Sequence record: PQ898602.1
Reading direction: 5' to 3' (one strand)
Length of the DNA stretch: 64,000 nucleotides
The notes under the pieces are model-generated. The model was not told the DNA's origin and did no database searches. It saw only the letters and a list, made by a program, of their open reading frames with translations. The position numbers and the translations under genes are program-made. Numbering within the stretch: position 1 is the stretch's first letter; every line of letters begins with the position of its first letter. Shown one piece after another: positions 7,234 through 16,414 of the stretch.

Positions 7234-7869
7234 ATGAAAATAGTAGATGACTTTCTAGCCACCGATGAGTGGGAGGGTATGTTAAAGACATGTGAGATCA
7301 TTGTCGATCTCTATAAACGTCCAGACACTCGCGGAGAGAGTCCTGAAGACTATTCAGGGAACACTCATGAGACTTTAGATGTCTACGAACAATGGAAGAC
7401 TCCCTACCCACCTTACATGACATATTCGTTGGAACAGATCCAACAATGTAGAGATGTCTTGTTCAAGAAAAAGTGTTGGGAGTCTTTTCTTCAAAAGAAT
7501 TGTGAAGAAGTAGGAAATATAGTTGGTAAACCAGTTATCCCTACAGATATTCGTGTCTGTAAGGTTGAAGAATATGATGAGAAAGATATTGAATTAAATG
7601 TAAGAAAACATGAAAAATTCGGGTACATGGATAACGTACCACATGTTCATCTTGGAGATGATCTAGTTTATAGTTCTGTTTATTACATCCAAAATCCAGA
7701 CAAAGAATATGGAACTGTCATTGAAGACGAGACCCTAGTCTATGGTGTAGAAAATAGATGTTTATTCTTTGATGGTTCAAAGATTATGCATTGTGGAGTT
7801 TGGCCACCCTCCGAAGAAGTTGCAGACTACCCACGATACATAATCGCAATGAACTTTAAATGCCAGTAA
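7234..7869 (+). CDS. Putative 2OG-Fe(II) oxygenase-fold protein
   Basis: PHVH...SSVYYI...NRCLFFDG...MH...RYIIAMNF layout typical of DSBH oxygenases. Confidence 0.55.
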   Translation: MKIVDDFLATDEWEGMLKTCEIIVDLYKRPDTRGESPEDYSGNTHETLDVYEQWKTPYPPYMTYSLEQIQQCRDVLFKKKCWESFLQKNCEEVGNIVGKPVIPTDIRVCKVEEYDEKDIELNVRKHEKFGYMDNVPHVHLGDDLVYSSVYYIQNPDKEYGTVIEDETLVYGVENRCLFFDGSKIMHCGVWPPSEEVADYPRYIIAMNFKCQ

Positions 7870-10198
7870 GTTTGGGATTATAAGTTGTCTTCAGTTTATC
7901 ATTGACGAAGTTCTCAGTCTCAGGATCATACTTCATGAGAGTCTTCATTTCTGCCAAGACTGCTGATAAGAATTCTGGTTTGATAAGAGTAATAATACTC
8001 TTCTCATCATTCTTTTGGATCTCTACTTCATAGTTGGTAACTGGAGTAGCCATATCTTTACCAGGAATGGATCTGATACGACCACCAACAGACTCTAGAT
8101 ATCTAAATTCTTGAGTGATCTTCTCCTCCCAATATTCTCCACTCCATTTCCAAGTTCTGCCGATTTGAGAGTAGAAATTACCCTCAAAGACTCTTTGAAT
8201 GTCTGGTGCTGGACCAATCGTGAATGTAGGACTATTGACATAGTTTGCACCACCATCAATCATACGGATTGTACCAATACCTCTATCAGGTTCATCATTC
8301 AATATAACTTCAAATGTACCTTGTCTGAATTCCTGTGCAGGAGAAATAGTAATTGCAGGAGTAAAGGTATAACCAAATCCTGCATTTGTAATTGTTAGGG
8401 TATCAATCTTGCCATCATCCATCGTAAGTGCTGCTGTTGCTGTTACTGCTGGGAATGGTTGACCAATAGTAATTGTTGGTGCCGCAGTGTATCCACTACC
8501 AGTTCTAGTAATCTGGATTTGATCAACTTTTCCTGCACCATCAATTAGTGCAATACCTTCTGCACGGGTTGTCATCAGGTATTCTTTTGCTCGGTTTGAC
8601 GCACCATCGAATACTAAGAACTTCTCTTCGTTTTCTGCAAGATAAACGTCAACAGGTTCATTTGCTTGAGAACTTACGTTGAAAGTCTTTGCATAGGTTA
8701 GAGTTTGGATGTTATATGGGAATCCAAAATCAAGTTCATAAAGAGAAGTTGTTGTTTCATCAGTAACGAACATTTTAGATCCATCAGATTTAATTGTAAA
8801 TCCAGTGAAGTCTAAACCTGCACCAATGAGTGTATTCAGATTAACTTGAGGTACATTGAATAGAGTGTTGACCGATGTAATTTGATATGGAGTAGATAAA
8901 GTATAAACCTTTAGAATCTGACCTGTAATTTGATAGAGTAGAGTTCCATCATTATTGAATCTAATTGCACTGGGTTCGGTTACAATAAGTTCAGAGTTTT
9001 TAACTGCAGTGTTTAGATTGTGAGGTGTTGATAGGATGTATTCTGCAATCTTATAAGTAGACGCCTGACCACCAGAGACGAACAACTTAGATCCAGTTGG
9101 ATTCATTTCCACACCAGTTGTGAAAGTGAAGTCTGCACTTACATCGAGATCATTAACTGCAAAGATGGTAGTTGCTTCGTATGCATTACTAACATTGAAT
9201 GCCTTGATCTGATTAGTACCAGTCAAACTTGCGGTGTATAACTTACCACCATCAAGACTAAGAAATGCACCTTCAATATCATTACCAAGATTAATAATGG
9301 ATTGTTGAACATAAGATCCACCCATGAAGTTGGGGGATTTGGAGAATGTAACTGCTGGTGCAGTAATACCATAACCAATGCCAGATGTCAGATCTGTGAT
9401 TGCTGCGACTCTATCAAAGTTATTACCAACACCCAACTCACAAGTTGCTGCTGCAGCAATGGATTGAATTGGAGATTCAATTACAACAGTTGGAATAAAG
9501 TTATATCCTAAACCTGGATTAAAGGTTGCGATTCCAGTTACTGCAAATTGATTCATGGTAACACTTGCAGATGCACTAGATGTTGGTGCTGGTGCAGATA
9601 GTGTTACTGAAGGAACTTCAGTGTAACCCGCTCCTGCATTAACGATAAAACCACCTACAATCGAGTTGCCTGCACCGATAATAGGGTTGATTTGTGCATC
9701 AGTACCAGGAACAAAGATTGGAGGGAAAGTGATGCCTGGGGGGTCTTCAACGACAGGAACGAATACGGGTGCATTGTAGAAAGCCTCGTCTACTTTGAGA
9801 CCTCCTGGGAACACAAGTCTATTGAAATCATCTCGGATCTCTTTGGTTTCATAATATGCAATGGCTTGAAGTTCTTCTTGATTGGGATATTTTTCATCAA
9901 GGTATCTCTTGAATGCAACAGGATCAAGAGGCCATTGGCTCTCTAGATTAGTGATATTATTTGAGAGTAGGACTACCCAGTCAAGTTCTGGATCACCATA
10001 GTATGATTCTGCGATAGAATCGGGTCTTTCTCCTGGATCAATTCTATAATCCTCAAAGGCACTGACGGCACCAAGGATGTCTTCTCTAATTTTTACTCTC
10101 TTAAACAGATTAGTGACGATATGAGTCTCATCACTAGAAGTTTCATTCTTAGTTCTGTTTAGGATCTCTAATTGTGGGAAGTACTTAAAATATGCCAT
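7856..10198 (-). CDS. gp53: Baseplate wedge protein gp53, enlarged by an internal insertion
   Basis: MAYFKYFP...GERPDSIAESYYGDPELDWVVLLSNNI...QWPL N-terminus and gp53-type C-terminus; 780 aa. Confidence 0.85.
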   Translation of the reverse strand: MAYFKYFPQLEILNRTKNETSSDETHIVTNLFKRVKIREDILGAVSAFEDYRIDPGERPDSIAESYYGDPELDWVVLLSNNITNLESQWPLDPVAFKRYLDEKYPNQEELQAIAYYETKEIRDDFNRLVFPGGLKVDEAFYNAPVFVPVVEDPPGITFPPIFVPGTDAQINPIIGAGNSIVGGFIVNAGAGYTEVPSVTLSAPAPTSSASASVTMNQFAVTGIATFNPGLGYNFIPTVVIESPIQSIAAAATCELGVGNNFDRVAAITDLTSGIGYGITAPAVTFSKSPNFMGGSYVQQSIINLGNDIEGAFLSLDGGKLYTASLTGTNQIKAFNVSNAYEATTIFAVNDLDVSADFTFTTGVEMNPTGSKLFVSGGQASTYKIAEYILSTPHNLNTAVKNSELIVTEPSAIRFNNDGTLLYQITGQILKVYTLSTPYQITSVNTLFNVPQVNLNTLIGAGLDFTGFTIKSDGSKMFVTDETTTSLYELDFGFPYNIQTLTYAKTFNVSSQANEPVDVYLAENEEKFLVFDGASNRAKEYLMTTRAEGIALIDGAGKVDQIQITRTGSGYTAAPTITIGQPFPAVTATAALTMDDGKIDTLTITNAGFGYTFTPAITISPAQEFRQGTFEVILNDEPDRGIGTIRMIDGGANYVNSPTFTIGPAPDIQRVFEGNFYSQIGRTWKWSGEYWEEKITQEFRYLESVGGRIRSIPGKDMATPVTNYEVEIQKNDEKSIITLIKPEFLSAVLAEMKTLMKYDPETENFVNDKLKTTYNPKLTGI

Positions 10199-10201
10199 GG
10201 G

Positions 10202-11680
10202 TTACCAACCTACTGCGTTGTCTGATACTGGTCTAAGGTTTTTATTTTCACCTGCTACACCAATATAATCTGTATCGAAGATTGGTTCTAGTTCTTGGAA
10301 ATCGCATGAGAATTGAACTTGAACGGGTTGACCATCAGTATATGCTGCCCAAAGACCATCTGGAGTATAATTACATCCAAATTTCTTCAATGCCATCGGT
10401 TTCATCATACCGACAGCTGGGTTCTCCACTATCTGACCATTTATATTAGTCATGAATTTCATTTCAAATATATCTGGAGTACCCAAGAAGAAAGAAGTTC
10501 CTCCAGCCACATTTGCACTTCCCCCACTAGTCTTTTTCTTTGCTGCCATATTAAATTTGAAATATCTAATAATCTTTCTAATTTGATCAGCTTCTTCTGG
10601 ATTTCTTGGTGACATTTTATAAGTGAAGGTAAAACTTCTCATTGTTACACCTTTGAAGAGAAGTTCATTGTTATTGTTTGGAATAATACCAGACTTTCTT
10701 GCAAGAATCGATTCAGGACTGACTGCATAACCAGCTGTATTCAAAACTTTAGAATTAATAGCAGCTCCTGCAAGTTCTCTAAAGTCTGCATCATCAGAAG
10801 CAAATGCCTTATTTAACAGGTCTGCTGCACCTGCACCTGCACCCATGCCGCCAATTCCAAACAATCCCAAAATACCACCAACCGCACCACCAGCAGCAAG
10901 ACCTCCAATATTATTCATTGCGTCAGCAGCGAGTGCGCCTAATTCATCACCTTGCCAATCTACTGTATTTGCATCAGCAATGCCTGCAGGCATAGGTAGA
11001 TAGATTGTAGAGAGTCTCTTAAACTTATTACCTTTAGATTGGATACCACCCTTCAGGGCAGACTTCGATCCCGAAAATAAATCATCTGCAAATGCTGGTC
11101 TGTATGCCATCGCACTGATTACGACATGATCTTGATTCACTGTATCCATGTCATAAGGATACTTTGCACCATCAAACGTTTTTTGAAATTCGGGTCCCTT
11201 GAAAAATTTTTGATAAGTTGCAAAATTACCCTGAGCTTCCACAATAGTCTCACCCAGATTAGGAGTTGGTACTCCATAATTAAGCTGATTACCATTAACA
11301 CCAGGTCCAACTCCAGTACCCAAAACTGGTTGACCTGGTGTTAATGCTGTTTGATTAGGATTAATTCCGACTTTTACCCATTGTGGCAAAACAGCTTTCT
11401 TCTTCTTTTTACCTCCCTGACCACCTGTAAGAGGAACAGCATCATATGATTTTTGAATTGATTGTTTTGTCGTTTCCCAATATACCGCTTTTTCTTGTTC
11501 TGTTAGTCCAATATTATCTGCATTTACATTCCAGTTTCCGTTTTCAAAGACAGGTTTATCAGCCGCACTGGGATTTTCTACCTGAATTAAAACTTTTCCA
11601 GTTTTACTATCCCAGAAAGGATAATAGTCCTGCCCGTTCTTATTAAAGATTGGTTTCTTGTTGACTTTTTTAAGTGCCAT
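10202..11680 (-). CDS. gp48: Baseplate tail-tube cap gp48
   Basis: IYLPMP, NNNELLFKGVTMRSFTFTYKMSPRNPEEA...IIRYFK, LKKFGCNYTPDG. Confidence 0.85.
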   Translation of the reverse strand: MALKKVNKKPIFNKNGQDYYPFWDSKTGKVLIQVENPSAADKPVFENGNWNVNADNIGLTEQEKAVYWETTKQSIQKSYDAVPLTGGQGGKKKKKAVLPQWVKVGINPNQTALTPGQPVLGTGVGPGVNGNQLNYGVPTPNLGETIVEAQGNFATYQKFFKGPEFQKTFDGAKYPYDMDTVNQDHVVISAMAYRPAFADDLFSGSKSALKGGIQSKGNKFKRLSTIYLPMPAGIADANTVDWQGDELGALAADAMNNIGGLAAGGAVGGILGLFGIGGMGAGAGAADLLNKAFASDDADFRELAGAAINSKVLNTAGYAVSPESILARKSGIIPNNNNELLFKGVTMRSFTFTYKMSPRNPEEADQIRKIIRYFKFNMAAKKKTSGGSANVAGGTSFFLGTPDIFEMKFMTNINGQIVENPAVGMMKPMALKKFGCNYTPDGLWAAYTDGQPVQVQFSCDFQELEPIFDTDYIGVAGENKNLRPVSDNAVGW

Positions 11681-12217
11681 TTATGGTTTGTTCCAAGCTC
11701 GGTGTTTAGGGAATGGTTGTCCTCTCGTATCAACAAATTTTTCCATGGGTAACATTGCAATAGAAGGCCAGTCTTTTTCAGGCACTCTCATGAATCCACC
11801 GGCGACCCCAGAAAATAGATAACGATGAATGGTTTTGCGAGGAACAGCTACTGTACTGCCTTTATTTATTAGGCTTTGTGCAATCCCTTCTCGATGTTTT
11901 GTATTTAGATAATGTAAATTAGCACCAATGAAGTATCCTGCGTTGTAATTTACTTCAGTAATGTAGACAAGAGGTTGAGTGTCATAGTACGCCAACCCTG
12001 GAGTTGTTGCTTGATAAAAGAAAAAATATAGTCTACCAATGTTGATACCACCAGTATCCATTTCATTGATATCAAATTGTTCTAAGTTACTCAGATACTC
12101 AATAACTGCATTAGTGTATACTGAGTTCTTTACATTCTTTCCTTTAAAATTCTTTTGTAGTTGATCACCAAATCCTTTTCCCGCTTCGTATTGACCATCT
12201 ATGAATTCAAAACTCAT
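11681..12217 (-). CDS. gp2: DNA end protector gp2-like protein
   Basis: GRLYFFFY...YYDTQPLV...GANLHYL motif; adjacent to gp4. Confidence 0.7.
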   Translation of the reverse strand: MSFEFIDGQYEAGKGFGDQLQKNFKGKNVKNSVYTNAVIEYLSNLEQFDINEMDTGGINIGRLYFFFYQATTPGLAYYDTQPLVYITEVNYNAGYFIGANLHYLNTKHREGIAQSLINKGSTVAVPRKTIHRYLFSGVAGGFMRVPEKDWPSIAMLPMEKFVDTRGQPFPKHRAWNKP

Positions 12218-12651
12218 ACCCCTAACTCCTTCTCGGTCATGATTCGGAATTCATAGTTACGATCTGCACAATACTCTTTTGCTGCATCCCACTTCGCTTG
12301 GTTTACTACCCAAGTCTGGACACTATATGCCCATGCTTTTGTCCTTCTCTTAGGATTTTTCTCAGGCATCTTTACTTCTTTTGCAGGTTTGACTTCAATG
12401 ACAACACATCGTTGTCTGCCATTTGCATCTTTATATTTCACAAAGAAGTCAGGAAAATACCTGTGCATCTTTCCATCAATAGGGGAACGATAAGGAATGA
12501 AAAACTCTTCAGATTGCCACTGGTTCACATTCTCATTCAAATCACAATATCTCATGAATTTTCGTTCCCAAAGAGAACGATAAACGATATTACCCGAGTC
12601 GCCCTTGTACTTTTTGGGATTCTCTGGTTTATATCTACCCTTATAACTCAT
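12214..12651 (-). CDS. gp4: Head completion nuclease gp4
   Basis: MSYKGRYKPENPKKYKGD, YRSLWE, YFPDF, IEVKP, FRIMTEKEL. Confidence 0.9.
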   Translation of the reverse strand: MSYKGRYKPENPKKYKGDSGNIVYRSLWERKFMRYCDLNENVNQWQSEEFFIPYRSPIDGKMHRYFPDFFVKYKDANGRQRCVVIEVKPAKEVKMPEKNPKRRTKAWAYSVQTWVVNQAKWDAAKEYCADRNYEFRIMTEKELGV

Positions 12652-12676
12652 ATACATAGTATAGATCCTCAAAAAA

Positions 12677-12684
12677 TATTTATA
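12677..12684 (-). promoter_or_regulatory. T4-type late promoter (TATAAATA) for gp4-gp2-gp48-gp53
   Basis: Plus-strand TATTTATA is the reverse complement of TATAAATA, about 25 nt upstream of gp4. Confidence 0.75.
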
Positions 12685-13686
12685 GTGGCATCTTCAGGAA
12701 CTGCAGGAGACCAGAATTTATTCAGAGTAGATCCAATCTACACAAAAATGACCACCCCTCGCGCTACGAAGGATGGTCGCGCTGCTTTGCCTAGTGTAAT
12801 GGATATGTTTGGCGAACTCGCCATGACATCCCAATACAAAATTAGTTTACACTTAGGTGATTCTGGATCAAATCAAGCAGATCAAAATGTCACTGACTGG
12901 TTGACTAGTTGTGGTGTTCTTGGAAACTTCAATGCAAACGTTCCTAACGAGAACCTAAAGTCTTTACGTTATGAGTTTATGTGTGATGGTGCAGCACTAC
13001 CTGGATATGAACTTGGTCGTGCTACTACTATGGGTGATAGACAAGGATTGCAAGAACAATTCGTTAATACCAGAACGTTTACACCTGTAAATTTATCATT
13101 CTATGTTGGTGCAGATTATGGTATTCTAAGACTATGGCAAGAGTGGGCAAACTTCATCGCTGCACTAAGTCTCGGTGGTAGAGATACCACTGGAAGTAAT
13201 AGTGGACAAGTCAACAGAATCATGAGAAATGACTTCTTGCAGTTTAGATATCCAGACAGATATAAGAGAGAAATCAGCATTACTAAATTTGAGAGAGATG
13301 TTCATGTCGATGGTGGTTATGTAACCGCAACACCTAACATGATCACCTATAGACTTATTGATGCATATCCAATTTCAGTTGATAATATCAGACTTGGATA
13401 TGAAAACTCCGATATTATGAGAGTTAGTGTTACTCTTGGATATACAAGATACATCACTTTAGATCATGCTGGTACTGGTAATTCTCAGAATCCATTCAAT
13501 GCTAGCAGTCAACAATCTGCATTGGACCCTGCAACAAATCAACAAGTTCTTGTATCTGGTGCTCCATCGTTGTATTCTGGAGACACTTTATTGAATAATA
13601 ACTTCTATAATGCCTTCAACGGATTGGATGTCAATCTGGGTGTTGGTGCAAATGATTTGTTTGGAACAGGCTCCAATATCGCTTAA
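12685..13686 (+). CDS. gp54: Baseplate tail-tube initiator gp54-like protein
   Basis: gp19/gp54-type FMCDGAALPG...RTFTPVNLSFYV...YRLIDAYPISV; start uncertain (GTG 12685 or ATG 12748); the longer track ORF overlaps gp4. Confidence 0.65.
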   Translation: MASSGTAGDQNLFRVDPIYTKMTTPRATKDGRAALPSVMDMFGELAMTSQYKISLHLGDSGSNQADQNVTDWLTSCGVLGNFNANVPNENLKSLRYEFMCDGAALPGYELGRATTMGDRQGLQEQFVNTRTFTPVNLSFYVGADYGILRLWQEWANFIAALSLGGRDTTGSNSGQVNRIMRNDFLQFRYPDRYKREISITKFERDVHVDGGYVTATPNMITYRLIDAYPISVDNIRLGYENSDIMRVSVTLGYTRYITLDHAGTGNSQNPFNASSQQSALDPATNQQVLVSGAPSLYSGDTLLNNNFYNAFNGLDVNLGVGANDLFGTGSNIA

Positions 13687-13717
13687 TAAATAAAAATATC
13701 TGACTACATCATCGTTC

Positions 13718-14446
13718 ATGCCATTACCTAAGATTTCTACTCCAACTTATGAGTTGGAACTTCCTTCTACGGGGAAGAAAATTAAGTATCGTCCATTTCT
13801 AGTTAAAGAAGAGAAAGTTCTCATTCTCGCATTAGAAAGTCAAGACCCTACACAGATTACGAACGCTATCAAACAAGTTCTTAAAGACTGCGTTCAAACT
13901 AGAGGAGTAAAGATTGAAGATCTTCCTTCTTTTGATATTGAATACTTGTTCTTGAATGTTCGTGGTAAGTCTGTTGGTGAGGCAATCGATCTTATCGTAA
14001 CTTGTTCTGATGATGGTGAAACAACTGTACCTGTAAAACTATTTGTTGATCAGATTGGAGTTGTAAAACCAGAAGGGCATAGTAAAGATATTAAGTTGGA
14101 CGATAAGATTGTTTTGAGAATGAAGTATCCATCTCTCAAACAATTCATTGAAGAGAACTTTGAATTTGAAGGTAATGAAGATGTTTCGACTATTGAAAGA
14201 TCTTTCGAGGTGATTAGTTCTTGTATTGATACCATCTTCACAGAGGAAGAGGCATGGGCAGCATCTGATTGCACTAAAAAAGAACTGACTCAGTTCCTTG
14301 AAGGTATGCAGTCTGCACAATTCAAAATGATTGAAGACTTCTTCACCACTATGCCTAAACTATCTCACACCTTTAAGGTCAAAAATCCTAAGACTGGTGT
14401 TGAGAGTGAAGTAACGTTGGAGGGGTTGACCAGTTTTTTCGCCTGA
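13718..14446 (+). CDS. gp26: Baseplate hub protein gp26
   Basis: MPLPKI.TPTYELELPS...YRPFLVKEEK...FDIEYLFL..RGKSVGE. Confidence 0.9.
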   Translation: MPLPKISTPTYELELPSTGKKIKYRPFLVKEEKVLILALESQDPTQITNAIKQVLKDCVQTRGVKIEDLPSFDIEYLFLNVRGKSVGEAIDLIVTCSDDGETTVPVKLFVDQIGVVKPEGHSKDIKLDDKIVLRMKYPSLKQFIEENFEFEGNEDVSTIERSFEVISSCIDTIFTEEEAWAASDCTKKELTQFLEGMQSAQFKMIEDFFTTMPKLSHTFKVKNPKTGVESEVTLEGLTSFFA

Positions 14447-14448
14447 TC

Positions 14449-14631
14449 ATGGCTCACATCTCACTTGAGTCATACTATCGAATCAACTTCGCTCTCCTGC
14501 AGTTCCATAAATATAGCTTAACAGAGGTAGAAAACCTCATCCCTTGGGAACGTGACATTTATCTTGCTCTATTGAAACAACATATTGATGAAGAAAACGA
14601 GAAAGTAAAACAACGAGAACGCCGTGGCTAA
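14449..14631 (+). CDS. gp51: Baseplate hub assembly catalyst gp51
   Basis: YYRINFALLQFHKYSLTEVENLIPWERDIY. Confidence 0.85.
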   Translation: MAHISLESYYRINFALLQFHKYSLTEVENLIPWERDIYLALLKQHIDEENEKVKQRERRG

Positions 14632-16414
14632 AATTGGTGCAACTGGAGGGAATACTGATGGTGCGATGGGTTCTTTTGCAGCTCCTCGTGTAGGGGGTTT
14701 TAGTGGTAATAAAAAACAACCAACAACAGATAGATTTCAAGATAGATTTTTCAGTTCACTAAGACGTGAAGGTAGAATAAAAGGTAAGGAAGAAGGTCCT
14801 GCAAATAAGATTGTAAAATTTGGTGCTGGAGTCAAAGCAAAAGACCCTGGTAATGGATCTCTGATTAAATCCATTTCAACCAATATCAATAATCAATTTG
14901 GTGATGCGATTACTCAACTTCAGAGTAATGTCACTAATATCGTCAGTCCAGTATTAGATAGACTAAAGGCAGAACATAGAAGGAGTATTGACGACGCTGA
15001 GAGTAATAAACCAACGAATCTGCTTGGTGGATTCTTGGACATGCTCCGCAGTGGTCTGGACTTCATCAGATTCCTAAGTGATAGAAAGAGATTAGCATTC
15101 TTAAGACAAGGTATTAAGAATCTAAAGACTGGATTTAATGAATTGTTTATAGTTGGTGAAACAGTCGCTAAGACTCTTAAAAAATTAATCAAACAACTAA
15201 AGAAACTTGGTCAAGAAGGTGGCAAAGGTGGTGGTTTTAGACTACCTGGAATGCCTAGATTTGGTGGATTTGGTGGTGGAAATAGACGCCAAAGAAGATC
15301 CAATCAAAGACCAACATCATCAGTCAGACCCAGAAGAAGACGTGGAATGGGTACAGCTGGAATGCTCCTAGGAACAGGAGGATTATTAGCTGGCGGAATG
15401 GCAATGGCTCCTGCTGTACAAGGTTCCCCTACAGCTCCACCAGAACTTCCCGAACCTATTGTCGAACAACCCCTGAGTAAGACTTTACTGGACAAGTTTG
15501 ACAAAGTTCTCGACATGTTCAAGGGAGCACTTGATAATCTATCAAAACCTGCTAAACAACAACCACCCCCACCGCCTGCAGGAGGCACAGGTGCAACGGG
15601 TGGTGGCACACCAGCATCAAGTGCTGGTGCTGGAGGAGGTGCTTTGCCTACCGAGAATCAAGATCTCTATACTACTGCAGCTCTTGCAAGTATGGAGGGT
15701 GGTAGTGATCAAGCGAGAGCAGACGTTGCTCAAGCTGTTTACAACAGAATGGGTCAGAGAGGAATGAGTGCAACAGAAGTTGCTACTGAACGTGGTCAGT
15801 TTGCGGTAATGTTTGATGAGAATGATAACATTGATGCAGATGCAAAGAACATTACGAGTCTTGAAGCTGCCGTTCAATTTAGAATGAAGAAGAAGGGTGA
15901 GACTGCAGAAGTCGCTGAACAACAAATCAGACAGACTATTGCTGCAATGCGTAACCCTGAGTTAGTTAAAAACTCTCAGACATTTGTTCAGGACAGAACA
16001 TCATTCAGAGCGAGTGCAAAGAACTATCAAACACTTTCAAATAGTATCTTCAGAGGTAGTGCTGCAGATAATCAGTTCCTCAATGAAGAACGATCTGGTG
16101 TGGGAACAGTTGCAGTTCCTGAATTTGTAAGTGGAGTAGAAGTTGACCCTAACAAAGTAAAGGTTGAAGCTGCACCACAACAATCACAAGTAATGAAAAA
16201 AGTCAGTCAACAGGTTTCTCAACCAGCTAGAAAAGGTGGTGGAGTTAGTGTTGTTCCTGTAGGTGGCGGAGGCGGTCAACCGACCCCAGCTGGCGGTGTT
16301 GCTAGAGGTTCTTCAAATAAACGTGATGGAGGTGGAGTTCCTTTCATGAGTTCTTCAATGAAGGACAATGCTCACGATATGTTCTCAAGAATGACTTATA
16401 ACGTAGTAGGATAA
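14624..16414 (+). CDS. Baseplate hub or tape-measure-region protein with a putative cell-wall hydrolase domain
   Basis: Helical N-terminus, Gly/Pro linkers, segment AALASMEGG...ADVAQAVYNR...GQF resembling SleB/Hydrolase_2. Confidence 0.6.
   Translation: MAKIGATGGNTDGAMGSFAAPRVGGFSGNKKQPTTDRFQDRFFSSLRREGRIKGKEEGPANKIVKFGAGVKAKDPGNGSLIKSISTNINNQFGDAITQLQSNVTNIVSPVLDRLKAEHRRSIDDAESNKPTNLLGGFLDMLRSGLDFIRFLSDRKRLAFLRQGIKNLKTGFNELFIVGETVAKTLKKLIKQLKKLGQEGGKGGGFRLPGMPRFGGFGGGNRRQRRSNQRPTSSVRPRRRRGMGTAGMLLGTGGLLAGGMAMAPAVQGSPTAPPELPEPIVEQPLSKTLLDKFDKVLDMFKGALDNLSKPAKQQPPPPPAGGTGATGGGTPASSAGAGGGALPTENQDLYTTAALASMEGGSDQARADVAQAVYNRMGQRGMSATEVATERGQFAVMFDENDNIDADAKNITSLEAAVQFRMKKKGETAEVAEQQIRQTIAAMRNPELVKNSQTFVQDRTSFRASAKNYQTLSNSIFRGSAADNQFLNEERSGVGTVAVPEFVSGVEVDPNKVKVEAAPQQSQVMKKVSQQVSQPARKGGGVSVVPVGGGGGQPTPAGGVARGSSNKRDGGGVPFMSSSMKDNAHDMFSRMTYNVVG

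Noticed and set aside
12298-12684. N-terminal 129 codons of the 462-aa track ORF 12298-13686
   Set aside because: They overlap gp4 on the opposite strand and read as non-protein-like. The real gene probably starts at 12685 or 12748.
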